Shown here: piece after piece, positions 20,258-29,220 of the stretch
How the letters are laid out: each line of letters opens with the position of its first letter
How positions within the stretch are numbered: position 1 is the first letter of the stretch
Assembly: GCA_038896535.1 (NCBI GenBank)
Contig: JAWACY010000001.1
Span: 32,001 to 96,000, forward strand
Direction: 5' to 3'
DNA: 64,000 nucleotides
DNA from: Candidatus Anstonellales archaeon
GTDB lineage: Archaea; Micrarchaeota; Micrarchaeia; Anstonellales; J096
Program-made: the position numbers and the translations under genes
Notes under the pieces: model-generated
Told to the model about the DNA's origin: nothing
Seen by the model: only the letters and a program-made list of their open reading frames with translations
The model's database searches: none

Positions 20258-20510
20258 AGCAGAACACCTTACTTCCTTGGTAGAATCTTATTACGCACGT
20301 TTGTTTTCCATAAACCTCATCACTTCTTTTATCTCTGGCGATACTCTCATATGATAAGATAAGGGCATTATTCGTTAGTGTTGTTATCCTAACATCATAT
20401 TCATATACTTTATATATTTGAAAGAATATTATCAGATGCCAAAGCAAGAGCATGAGAAATGTAAAACTTAGCATTGCATCAATCAAGAATACTGCTTTTC
20501 TTGCATTCAT
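20244..20510 (-). CDS. Small protein with class III-like signal peptide (minor pilin-like)
   Basis: MNARKA/VFLIDAMLSFTFLMLLL: basic leader, acidic residue at +5, hydrophobic helix; start moved to 20510. Confidence 0.55.
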   Translation of the reverse strand: MNARKAVFLIDAMLSFTFLMLLLWHLIIFFQIYKVYEYDVRITTLTNNALILSYESIARDKRSDEVYGKQTCVIRFYQGSKVFCYEIT

Positions 20511-20922
20511 TTTCTTGCTCTTGCTTAATACCATTTTCACACGCTCCTGCTATACATAAGACGCCTTTACTTGTATGAATAGAAAAAAAATCAAAACAGC
20601 TTGCTGCTTTTGCAATTACTATATCATAATGTTGGTCTATTGTCTTAATTTTTGGTAAAGATGATATAAAGATTGCTGAAGCAAAAATTAAAACTGCAAA
20701 GGATAACAGAAACTCAATACTGAGCTGGGCCCTTCTTTTGCCTATGTGTTTTTTATTCTTTAAGCAATGGTCTTTTAAGAAGGCATCTAATTCATTATAC
20801 ATTAATGCCTTATTGCTCACCCTCCCCTTTTCAGAGAACGCTTTTAATGGCATGTGTACTTTTATGCTTGCTGTCTTACTTATATTTTTTAGGCAATTAT
20901 AAACTTCTTGCAATCTTGACAT
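20479..20922 (-). CDS. Class III signal peptide protein (type IV pilin-like)
   Basis: KRRA/QLSIEFLLSFAVLIF matches the archaeal [KR][GA]Q.S.E pilin cleavage motif; true start uncertain (possibly 20802). Confidence 0.7.
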   Translation of the reverse strand: MSRLQEVYNCLKNISKTASIKVHMPLKAFSEKGRVSNKALMYNELDAFLKDHCLKNKKHIGKRRAQLSIEFLLSFAVLIFASAIFISSLPKIKTIDQHYDIVIAKAASCFDFFSIHTSKGVLCIAGACENGIKQEQENECKKSSILD

Positions 20923-21610
20923 CCAGCTTCCTCAACTTTTCAACTACATAGATTTCTACAACTGGATAGAAGATGAAAAGTGTAAATATATTTATCAATG
21001 GTATAATAAATGTTCCCAAAGCTATTAAATAAAGTATATAGGGCCCTATAAGATAAAATACATTAGTTAGTGCAACAATAATGCTTGCTTTTAAAGCCCT
21101 TAATGCGCCAATATTTTCATATAAAACAATGGCTATAGCAGAGAAATGCAACAAATAATTAATAATAAATAATATTAATGCAATCACAAATGCACCAATA
21201 ATTTGTATTAATGTTTGTTGATTAATAAGTAATATATAAGCACTTACAATTATTGCCACATTAATAAGGACTTTAACAAAATAGATTATGAAAAACTTCA
21301 TGTTATTGCTGCTTGCATAGTTAAAGAACTGCCAGGTATCAAATCTTTCTGATGTTTTATAAGCATATGCAAAGCCCCTTATCATTGCCCCTTTAAAACC
21401 AGAAACAATATACAAACCAATAATTGAAAAAAATGCTAATACGTAATATATGTTTATATTTGCGAGTTCAAAAAATCTTGCTATATTCATATATATGAAA
21501 AGAAGAAATAATAATCCTATAAGAGAAAATGCTAAGAACGCTAGCAATGGATACCAAAAATTCAGGGGTTTTTTTGTATAAACACTATAAACGTCAGATA
21601 ATGATGCCAT
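20897..21610 (-). CDS. Hypothetical integral membrane protein
   Basis: Five to six hydrophobic segments; start moved to ATG 21610. Confidence 0.7.
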   Translation of the reverse strand: MASLSDVYSVYTKKPLNFWYPLLAFLAFSLIGLLFLLFIYMNIARFFELANINIYYVLAFFSIIGLYIVSGFKGAMIRGFAYAYKTSERFDTWQFFNYASSNNMKFFIIYFVKVLINVAIIVSAYILLINQQTLIQIIGAFVIALILFIINYLLHFSAIAIVLYENIGALRALKASIIVALTNVFYLIGPYILYLIALGTFIIPLINIFTLFIFYPVVEIYVVEKLRKLDVKIARSL

Positions 21611-21733
21611 AAATCTTATTGAAAGAAAAAATTTAAAAATAGATGTAAACATGTAAGCATGTAAATATATTAAATGTTTTGATCTAACAATGATTAGGAT
21701 TTTTAATAACTACTATGTAAAGATAATGATATT

Positions 21734-21807
21734 GGGTCCGTAGCTCAGCCTGGCAGAGCGTCCGGCTTTTAACCGGTAGGCCAGGGGTTCAAATCCCCTC
21801 GGACCCG
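21734..21807 (+). tRNA. tRNA-Lys(TTT)
   Basis: GGGTCCG acceptor stem, TCCGG CT TTT AA CCGGT anticodon arm, GGTTCAAATCC T-arm. Confidence 0.95.
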
Positions 21808-21850
21808 ATGATAACATTCATGAAAAAGCCATTTAAGGAGAGTTTTGTAT

Positions 21851-23059
21851 ATGGAGTTCGATGTTTTAATAGCTGGCGCAGGCCCTGCAGGCAGTTCAAG
21901 TGCATTGTTTCTAGCCAAAAAAGGTTATAATGTTGCTGTTTTTGATAAGGCAAAATTCCCGCGGGAGAAAGTTTGTGGCGATGGTTTAAGTGGAAAAACA
22001 TTAAAATTGTTAAAGGAGCTTAATATAAGTGAATTAGATAAAAATATTGCAATGTTTGCAGACGGAGTTATATTTAGTTCCCCTAATAGAGAAATACTTG
22101 AAGTAGAAATACCAAAAGAAAAACTGAATGAAGTACATGGTTATGTATCAAGAAGGGAAGATTTTGATAATGTTTTATTTAATGAAGTGAAGAAACAATG
22201 CACAGCATTTGAAAATGCCAAAGTGCTTGACATAATAAAAGATAAAAATGACCATGTTAAAGGACTAAAGGTTGATATAAACGGACAAATAAAGGAAGTA
22301 AATGCAAATGTTGTTATTGGGGCTGATGGAGCAAACAGCATAGTTGCTACAAAAACAAACGCTGAAAAAATAGTTGATGAACATGTATTTGTTGCTGTGA
22401 GAGCTTATTATGAGAATGTTGATGGCATGAAAAATAAAATTGAACTGCATTTTACAGAAGATGTATTGCCTGGTTATTTCTGGATTTTTCCATTGCCAAA
22501 TAAAAAGGCTAATGTTGGCATCGGCATGCTTTTAAGTGATTTGAAAAAAACAAGAAAAGATCTGAAGGCTTTAATGCAAAATGAGATAAATAGTACATTT
22601 AAACATAGGTTTAGCAATGCAAAACAGATAAGTGAAATAAAAGGTTGGAGCTTACCATTAGGAAGTAAAAGAAGGAAAGGTTATGGGAATGGGTACTTGC
22701 TTGTTGGAGATGCATGTTGTTTGATAGACCCATTCACAGGCGAGGGCATTGGAAATGCATTACTTTCAGGAAAGCTTGCAAGCATAGCAATAGATGAAGC
22801 ATTTAAAAAACAGGATTTTTCAGCCAATACATTAAAACTTTATGATGAGCTTTTAAGAAAGCATTTGGATGATGAGCTAATGACAATGTACAGATTACAA
22901 AAATTAAGCAGGTATAAATGGCTATTTAACACCTTAATAAAAAAAGCTAACAGGAATAAAGAGCTCAAAGAGTTAATAACTTCAACATTAATTGATACAA
23001 AAAATGAAAGGGCCAAACTTCTTAATCCATTCTTTTGGCTAAAAGTCCTTATATCATAA
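21851..23059 (+). CDS. Geranylgeranyl reductase family FAD-dependent oxidoreductase
   Basis: GAGPAGS, FPREKVCGDG, GADGANS, PGYFWIFP, VGDA...IDPFTGEGIGNA. Confidence 0.9.
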   Translation: MEFDVLIAGAGPAGSSSALFLAKKGYNVAVFDKAKFPREKVCGDGLSGKTLKLLKELNISELDKNIAMFADGVIFSSPNREILEVEIPKEKLNEVHGYVSRREDFDNVLFNEVKKQCTAFENAKVLDIIKDKNDHVKGLKVDINGQIKEVNANVVIGADGANSIVATKTNAEKIVDEHVFVAVRAYYENVDGMKNKIELHFTEDVLPGYFWIFPLPNKKANVGIGMLLSDLKKTRKDLKALMQNEINSTFKHRFSNAKQISEIKGWSLPLGSKRRKGYGNGYLLVGDACCLIDPFTGEGIGNALLSGKLASIAIDEAFKKQDFSANTLKLYDELLRKHLDDELMTMYRLQKLSRYKWLFNTLIKKANRNKELKELITSTLIDTKNERAKLLNPFFWLKVLIS

Positions 23060-23095
23060 GGTTATATACATCATAAAATAATATTTATAATATCA

Positions 23096-23713
23096 TCAAC
23101 ATCCAAATTTATTGTTTATTGGGCATGCTGAACTATGTGTGTTATTATTTCCTTTATATGTGCCGGGCTCTTTGCCTTTTGCTATATAGTCTTCAACATT
23201 CGTAATATTCCACTCATGCTCATGATTCCATAAATTCCAGAAATAACGCCATTCATTCCAACCAATGCCAAGATGTTTTACATATATGCCATGTTCTGTC
23301 AGCATTAAGCCAATTTTCCTACCAGTCATGCAAGGCATGCTATAGCAATAAACAATAATGTCTTTTCCTGGATTTTTTGCAATAAGCTCTTTAAATTGAT
23401 TTACAATTCTTTCTCTTGCCCCATAATCAGGTGTATCTTTATCTTTGTATGCTGGTATATTCACTGCTCCAACAATATGCTCTTTATTGTATTCTTCCTC
23501 ACTTCTTAAATCAACAAGCACAAAATTTTTATCTCCCTTTTGTATAGCTTTCCTTAAAGAGTGTGGACTCACATAAACTGCATTTTCAACTTCATAAAAT
23601 TCTTTTATAAGCTGTTCGTTCGATTTTTTATCTAAACTATTAAAAACAAGGCTTCCAATAAAACCTGCAATAAACGCAATTAATGCCACAACAACAAGGT
23701 ATTTTAGATCCAT
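23096..23713 (-). CDS. Membrane-anchored rhodanese-like domain protein
   Basis: N-terminal TM; LVDLRS.EEY.KEHIVGAVNIP; IIVYCYSMPC; GWNEW. Confidence 0.85.
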   Translation of the reverse strand: MDLKYLVVVALIAFIAGFIGSLVFNSLDKKSNEQLIKEFYEVENAVYVSPHSLRKAIQKGDKNFVLVDLRSEEEYNKEHIVGAVNIPAYKDKDTPDYGARERIVNQFKELIAKNPGKDIIVYCYSMPCMTGRKIGLMLTEHGIYVKHLGIGWNEWRYFWNLWNHEHEWNITNVEDYIAKGKEPGTYKGNNNTHSSACPINNKFGC

Positions 23714-23736
23714 ATAGTTTCACCTTTAAGCAAAAA

Positions 23737-23830
23737 TCCCGCCGGGCGGATTTGAACCACCAACCTACCGGTAACTGCTTATAGCAGTATCAAACTACAG
23801 CCGGTCGCTCTACCGTTGAGCTACGGCGGG
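23737..23830 (-). tRNA. tRNA-Tyr(GTA) with a 22-nt intron at position 37/38 (intron 23773..23794)
   Basis: C1-G72 pair; ACCGG CT GTA G [TTTGATACTGCTATAAGCAGTT] A CCGGT; BHB central helix CUGU/GCAG with 3-nt bulges. Confidence 0.93.
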
Positions 23831-23940
23831 TATTTAATATAATGTATTTAATATAACGTATGATAATAATTAAAAACATATATGAAAATGAAAATTAAAA
23901 ATCATAAAATGAACTATTTAAAATGTATTTAATAATAATT

Positions 23941-25110
23941 ATGGCTCCTATTATTGGTCTTGTAGGAAAACCAAGCTCTGGAAAATCAACGTTTTTTTCA
24001 GCTTGTACAATGCAGACAGTTGATATAAGCCCAAGGCCATTTACAACGATAAAGCCAAATGTTGGCATTGCTTATGTAAGAGTTGAAGATATTGGCAATG
24101 AGTTTGGTGTCATCTCACAACCCAGAGAAGGTTTTATAAAAGGCAAATACAGATTTTTGCCATTTCAGCTTATAGATGTTGCTGGCTTAATCCCAGGCGC
24201 ACATGAAGGCAAAGGCCTTGGTAATCAATTTTTAAATGACCTAAATCAAGCAGAAGCTTTGATACATGTCGTTGACTTATCTGGCAGTACAGATGAGCAA
24301 GGAAGGTTTATAGGTTATGGTAAACATGATCCTGAAAAAGACATTCAATTCCTTGAAACAGAACTTGATTATTGGTATAAAGACGTTATAGAGAGAAACT
24401 TAGAGAAGATAAAGCGCCTTATTAGGAGCGGAAAAGACGAACAGGAAGCAATATCTTCAATATTGTCTTCATTCAGAGTAAGTAAAGATATAGCAAATGA
24501 TACAATAAAAAAATTCGGCCATATAGATGAATGGCAATTACTTGAAGTAGCGTCATTTTTAAGAAAAGAAACAAAAAGGATTGTTATTGCAGGAAATAAA
24601 ATTGATCTCCCATATGCCAAAGAAAATTTCGAGCGCTTGAAAAATAAATATGACATTATTCCAGTAAGTGCTGAAATAGAACTTGCATTAAAAAAAGCAG
24701 CAAAAAAAGGACTCATAGAATATATAGAAGGAGAAAATGATTTTGAGATAAGGGCAGATTTAAACGAAGAACAAATACATGCATTAAAAAAAATAAAGGA
24801 AATAATAAAAACATTTGATTCTTCTGGTGTGCAAAAAACACTGGAACATGCAGTATATGATATACTTTCATATATTGCTGTTTTTCCAGCTGGTTCAAAA
24901 TTAATTGATAAACATGGAAGAGTATTGCCAGATTGTTTTTTAATGCCAAAAGGCTCAACTTTGATTGATTTTGCAGAAAAGATACATGGGGATATAGCAA
25001 AAGGTTTGCTTTATGGCATAGATGTAAGAAAAAAAATAAAACTGGCAAAGGATTATGTATTAAAACATAGAGACGCAATAGAACTCGTAAGCACTACAAA
25101 ATTAAGATAA
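23941..25110 (+). CDS. ychF: Obg-family YchF-like GTPase/ATPase (archaeal type, TGS domain)
   Basis: GLVGKPSSGKST, PFTTI.PN.G, DVAGL.PGAHEG.GLGNQFL, NKID, VLPDCFLM, IHGD. Confidence 0.9.
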   Translation: MAPIIGLVGKPSSGKSTFFSACTMQTVDISPRPFTTIKPNVGIAYVRVEDIGNEFGVISQPREGFIKGKYRFLPFQLIDVAGLIPGAHEGKGLGNQFLNDLNQAEALIHVVDLSGSTDEQGRFIGYGKHDPEKDIQFLETELDYWYKDVIERNLEKIKRLIRSGKDEQEAISSILSSFRVSKDIANDTIKKFGHIDEWQLLEVASFLRKETKRIVIAGNKIDLPYAKENFERLKNKYDIIPVSAEIELALKKAAKKGLIEYIEGENDFEIRADLNEEQIHALKKIKEIIKTFDSSGVQKTLEHAVYDILSYIAVFPAGSKLIDKHGRVLPDCFLMPKGSTLIDFAEKIHGDIAKGLLYGIDVRKKIKLAKDYVLKHRDAIELVSTTKLR

Positions 25111-25129
25111 AAAACAAGATATTTATTAC

Positions 25130-25588
25130 TTATTTAACTTCTGATGACTCAACTATTATTAATTTGCTTCCCTGAAGTGATAATGCTCTTGCTTTTTCTT
25201 GGATGTTATAGTTATAGCACTTTCTTATCTCTTCTATAAGTTTTCCTACTTTAAATTTAACGCTGACTGGTTTATCATTTCTAAAAAAGTACACTTGAAT
25301 GTTTTCTTTACTTTCTCTTTTGCCCAATTCATGTAAAATGCTCTCTAATTTTTGGGCATCATTCTCGCATATTCTTTGTATTGCTGCTTCTTTTCTTCTA
25401 TCTTCTCTGATAGCAGTCAATTCCCTGAGCATGAATAGATAACCCCCAGCTAAATAGATGATCAATGCCACTCCAAAAAGAGCTTTCTTATCAAAAAACC
25501 CTTCTAATTCTTTATGCATTGGTTGCTTACTTCTTTGCTCTTTTTCTCTAGAGTGTATCCTTCTAAAAATCCCAAATCCCATAAACAT
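25130..25588 (-). CDS. Single-TM paralogue family, copy A
   Basis: MGFGIFR N-terminus, one TM, EAAIQRICENDA, second Cys, C-terminal EVK. Confidence 0.8.
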   Translation of the reverse strand: MFMGFGIFRRIHSREKEQRSKQPMHKELEGFFDKKALFGVALIIYLAGGYLFMLRELTAIREDRRKEAAIQRICENDAQKLESILHELGKRESKENIQVYFFRNDKPVSVKFKVGKLIEEIRKCYNYNIQEKARALSLQGSKLIIVESSEVK

Positions 25589-25682
25589 AACATATGGTGA
25601 TAATATTTATAAATCTGCGTTTTTCTACTTTTCACCACATGATCTTATCAGTATGTTGTTATAATTAAAAAAGAATAAAAAA
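25562..25682. repeat. 121-bp direct repeat (promoter/5' module), copy 1; partner at 26662..26782
   Basis: One mismatch in 121 bp (25641 g vs 26741 t); includes a TATA-like ATTTATAAAT about 20-25 nt upstream of the start codons. Confidence 0.92.
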
Positions 25683-25705
25683 CATAAGGCTATTTATATT
25701 TAACC

Positions 25706-26119
25706 CTAATGACCAGTTTCTTCATCAAATAAAGCATTGCCCCTTTGTTTAACTTCATAACATTTTGCTATTGCTTCTATGAGTTTTTTTGTAGATTGAA
25801 CCACAACTGGGTTACTACTGTTATTACCATATACTTGAATTGTTTCGCCTTTTTCTGTCACCAATTTATCTAAAATGTTTTTGAGCTCTGCTGCATCATT
25901 CTCGCATATTCTTTGTATTGCTGCTTGTTCCCTTTTATCTGTAGCTGCTTTTATCATTGCGTATCTTATTGATAACACACTTAGTAAAAGTAAAGTTGCA
26001 AAGAAGGAGTCTATTATAACATTTTTATAACTTTCTTTGCTATCCAATTCTTTAGAATGTTGCTTACTCCTTTCTTCTTTTTTTCGTTTTTTAAAAATTT
26101 CAGAAAATTTACTTTCCAT
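25706..26119 (-). CDS. Single-TM paralogue family, copy B
   Basis: QAAIQRICENDA motif, two Cys; start moved to ATG 26119, downstream of the conserved TATA module at about 26139-26182. Confidence 0.8.
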   Translation of the reverse strand: MESKFSEIFKKRKKEERSKQHSKELDSKESYKNVIIDSFFATLLLLSVLSIRYAMIKAATDKREQAAIQRICENDAAELKNILDKLVTEKGETIQVYGNNSSNPVVVQSTKKLIEAIAKCYEVKQRGNALFDEETGH

Positions 26120-26220
26120 AATATAATATTGGGGGATATATTTATAAATCTGCGTTTTTCTACTTTTCACCACATTATCTTACAGCACACATATAAAAAT
26201 GGGGAGAATAAAAAATAGGG

Positions 26221-26688
26221 CTATTTAACCTCTAATGTGCCTGTGTTTTCATCAAATAATAGCTCTTCATTTTGCTTAGCTTTATAACATTCATCTATCC
26301 TTTCTCTAAGTTCTTTTATCTCAAATTCAGCTTCTACTGCTTTGCCATTGTTTGAGTGGTATCTTACCCAGATAGTTTTCTTACTACCCCTCTCTTCTTT
26401 ATATCTTTCTCTTAATCCTTTTAAAATGTTTTTGAGCTTTGCTGCATCATTATTGCATATTCTTTGTATTGCTGCTTCTTTTCTTCTATTTTCTTCTTCT
26501 TTTAGTCCTTTTAAGATTGAATACCCCATAAGGGCTGGAATAATAACTGCGGCCCCTATTAAGGTTGCTAGACGTTCTTGTTTTTTTATTCTATTTAATT
26601 CTTTAAACTGTGGTATTTTACTTTTTTCCTTTCCCTCCGCTTCCTCAGTCTTTTTCCTTTCTCTAAAAATCCCAAATCCCATAAACAT
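26221..26688 (-). CDS. Single-TM paralogue family, copy C
   Basis: MGFGIFR, TM, EAAIQRICNNDA, NNGKAV, LFDENTGTLEVK. Confidence 0.8.
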   Translation of the reverse strand: MFMGFGIFRERKKTEEAEGKEKSKIPQFKELNRIKKQERLATLIGAAVIIPALMGYSILKGLKEEENRRKEAAIQRICNNDAAKLKNILKGLRERYKEERGSKKTIWVRYHSNNGKAVEAEFEIKELRERIDECYKAKQNEELLFDENTGTLEVK

Positions 26689-26782
26689 AACATATGGTGA
26701 TAATATTTATAAATCTGCGTTTTTCTACTTTTCACCACATTATCTTATCAGTATGTTGTTATAATTAAAAAAGAATAAAAAA
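26662..26782. repeat. 121-bp direct repeat (promoter/5' module), copy 2
   Basis: Exactly 1100 bp from 25562..25682, one mismatch. Confidence 0.92.
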
Positions 26783-26794
26783 GTATCTTGTATT

Positions 26795-27235
26795 TTATTT
26801 AACTTCTAATGTGTTGCCATCAAGTGATAACCCTCTTTGTTGAAGTTCATGACAGTTAGCTAGTGCTTTTATAAGCTCTCCAACATTAAATTTAATCTTA
26901 ACTGCTTTGCCATTATTTGTATAGTATATTAATTGAATGTTTTCTTTACTTTCTCTTTTGCCCAATTCATGTAAAATGCTCTCTAATTTTTGGGCATCAT
27001 TCTCGCATATTCTTTGTATTGCTGCTTCTTTTCTTTTATCCTCATCAGCTTTTATGACTACATATACTATAAAACCAGTATAAAAAAATGAAGCCAATGT
27101 CATTGCAAGAAAAGTCTTATCCAGAGACCTTTCCTTTTTTAGTCTATTTAATTCTTCAAAAGGCGACTTTTCTTTTCTTTCTTCTTTTCTTTCTTGTCCA
27201 AGTTCTTTCCCTCTTCTAAAAATCCCAAATCCCAC
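26795..27235 (-). CDS. Single-TM paralogue family, copy D (GTG start)
   Basis: GFGIFRR, TM, EAAIQRICENDA, NNGKAV, TLEVK; 103 bp identical to copy A. Confidence 0.78.
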   Translation of the reverse strand: MGFGIFRRGKELGQERKEERKEKSPFEELNRLKKERSLDKTFLAMTLASFFYTGFIVYVVIKADEDKRKEAAIQRICENDAQKLESILHELGKRESKENIQLIYYTNNGKAVKIKFNVGELIKALANCHELQQRGLSLDGNTLEVK

Positions 27236-27256
27236 AAAAACATATTGTGATATTCT

Positions 27257-28390
27257 TTATAAATGTATCTTTTTTTCCCAACATTGTTTTGCTAACATGC
27301 CATTATACAAATAAAGGTCTAGGTGTTTTTTTACTTCTTGTCTTGCTTTTTGATGCTTGTTCAAAAATTCATTTATTCTTTTTACAGCATATTCTTTAAG
27401 CTCCCCTGTAAGCAGTTCTCCTTTTCTGTATGCTATTTCAATTTCATTAATCTTTTTGTCATCTGGTTCAAAGATGATTTTTAGATACTGAAATGAAACA
27501 TCTACTTCTGGATTTCCACCTTTCTTTTTGTGCTCCTCCACTGTTGGTTGTCCACCAGAGAACGCATATTTCATTATTTTTTTCCTAACTGTTTGTTCAT
27601 CATCAGATAAATAAATGGCGCTTTCTTCTTCACTCGAACTCATTTTTCCTTCCATCCCTAGCAATGGCGGTAAAAATTTACTATGCAAAACTGCAGTCTT
27701 ATAAAAACCAAAACTTTCTGCTATGTCCCTTTGTATACGCCAATATGGGTCTTGATCAATTGCGCATGGTATTAAACATTGTTTCCTTTCAAAAAAAGTT
27801 GGCAATATCTGGTATGCTGGATAAAAAATTGCTCCTATATTTGTTTCATTGGTAAAACCAAATACAGCACGGGCAGTTGAAAACGTTATCTTTTTCGCAA
27901 TCTTTAGTAGGGGTTTATATGCTTTTCCTATGTATTCAGTATCCCTAAATATAAATGTCTTATGGGGTTTAAAACCAAGGGCAGCTATATCCAATATGTC
28001 TTCATAAGCTTGTTTTTCAATGTCGTCGAGTGCAATTTCTCTTTTAAATAAAAATTTTTCATCATCTGTTATTTCAATATAAACATTAACATCAAACATA
28101 TCTTGAAACCATTTTGATATTATAAAAGGTATAAGATGACCTATATGCATTTTTCCGGATGGTCCCCTGCCAGTATAAATAAAAAACCCTTTCCCATTTT
28201 CATAACTTGACAAAGCTTTATCAAGATCCCTATGGCTAAAAAAATGCCCTCTTGATATCATAAAATGTACATTACCAACCAATTTCTTTATTTTTTCTAT
28301 CTCTTTCTCAGTTATTTTGCTAGTTCCAAATTTCTTTATGAGTTTTTCATAATCAACTTTTCCTTTCACTTCCCATGGAGTAATATGCAT
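27257..28390 (-). CDS. trpS: Tryptophanyl-tRNA synthetase (archaeal/eukaryal type)
   Basis: TPWEV, YTGRGPS..MHIGH, AIDQDPYWR, KMSSS, KYAFSGG. Confidence 0.97.
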   Translation of the reverse strand: MHITPWEVKGKVDYEKLIKKFGTSKITEKEIEKIKKLVGNVHFMISRGHFFSHRDLDKALSSYENGKGFFIYTGRGPSGKMHIGHLIPFIISKWFQDMFDVNVYIEITDDEKFLFKREIALDDIEKQAYEDILDIAALGFKPHKTFIFRDTEYIGKAYKPLLKIAKKITFSTARAVFGFTNETNIGAIFYPAYQILPTFFERKQCLIPCAIDQDPYWRIQRDIAESFGFYKTAVLHSKFLPPLLGMEGKMSSSEEESAIYLSDDEQTVRKKIMKYAFSGGQPTVEEHKKKGGNPEVDVSFQYLKIIFEPDDKKINEIEIAYRKGELLTGELKEYAVKRINEFLNKHQKARQEVKKHLDLYLYNGMLAKQCWEKKIHL

Positions 28391-28420
28391 AATAAAAATA
28401 ATGAATAAGCATTTAAAACA

Positions 28421-28780
28421 TTATTTATTTTTCTGAGGGGCCTCATTTATTTTTTGGCCCTTGTGCAATTGCTCTTTGCTCCCAACATCTTTTTTTGATA
28501 AATGTTTATTTGTATGCTCTAAATGTTCATCCAATGATTTTTTCATAAGTTCCATGTTAAATGCGAAAATGCCAAAATCAACATTATTCTTCATGCAAAA
28601 TTCCCTTAACATATTCTCCCTTGTTTTATACGGCTTGGACAAAAAATCCTTGAATTCCATTTTATTTAAATGAAGCCATTGTTTGAATAGCATTATGTAA
28701 TGTCTCGCTTTTTGTTCATCAATTCTGCTGCACAAGATATGGAGTAACATTTCAGTCAATTCTTTATCAGCCAGTCGCAC
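28421..28780 (-). CDS. Hypothetical protein
   Basis: 119-aa ORF filling the gap, GTG start; no motif recognised. Confidence 0.55.
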   Translation of the reverse strand: MRLADKELTEMLLHILCSRIDEQKARHYIMLFKQWLHLNKMEFKDFLSKPYKTRENMLREFCMKNNVDFGIFAFNMELMKKSLDEHLEHTNKHLSKKDVGSKEQLHKGQKINEAPQKNK

Positions 28781-28863
28781 ATTTATTTATGTTTAGTAAA
28801 GTTTTTAATGATGTATGGAATTGTAAGCGCCCTATATAAGCGCATGTTGGTTTAGCCTGTTCT

Positions 28864-29172
28864 TCACCTTGCTTCCTCCTCTATCTCTTTCCTGAATTGC
28901 TCTGCTGTTTTAGGAGTGCATTCGACAACCTTTAAGGTGCCATTATATGCACTACAAAGTTTAACTGCTTCATCATTGCAGTTTTTTATGACATCTTGAG
29001 GGGTTTCTCCACCTATTGAAGAGTTTATTGGCGTGTCTGCAATACCAAAATCTGTCTCACATTGACCGTGGCAGTAGCAAACATATTTTCCTGGTTTAAC
29101 ACTTGGTGAAATGCAGCCAAAAGCAGTAAAAAACATTATGAATAAGAGAACCAAAACCTGTTTTTGGCGCAT
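28864..29172 (-). CDS. Small Cys-rich putative lipoprotein
   Basis: MRQK + hydrophobic stretch + AFGC lipobox-like site; six further Cys; start moved to 29172. Confidence 0.7.
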   Translation of the reverse strand: MRQKQVLVLLFIMFFTAFGCISPSVKPGKYVCYCHGQCETDFGIADTPINSSIGGETPQDVIKNCNDEAVKLCSAYNGTLKVVECTPKTAEQFRKEIEEEAR

Positions 29173-29220
29173 GTGAATTTTATAGAATAACAATTTAAAA
29201 ATATTGCACAAAACCCCTAT

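Noticed and set aside
23830..23859. 14-bp period duplication GTATTTAATATAA upstream of tRNA-Tyr
   Set aside because: Only two AT-rich copies; no evidence of function beyond the promoter region
25130..27235. Diversity-generating retroelement
   Set aside because: No reverse transcriptase in the window; repeats are identical blocks rather than a template/variable pair with adenine-specific mismatches
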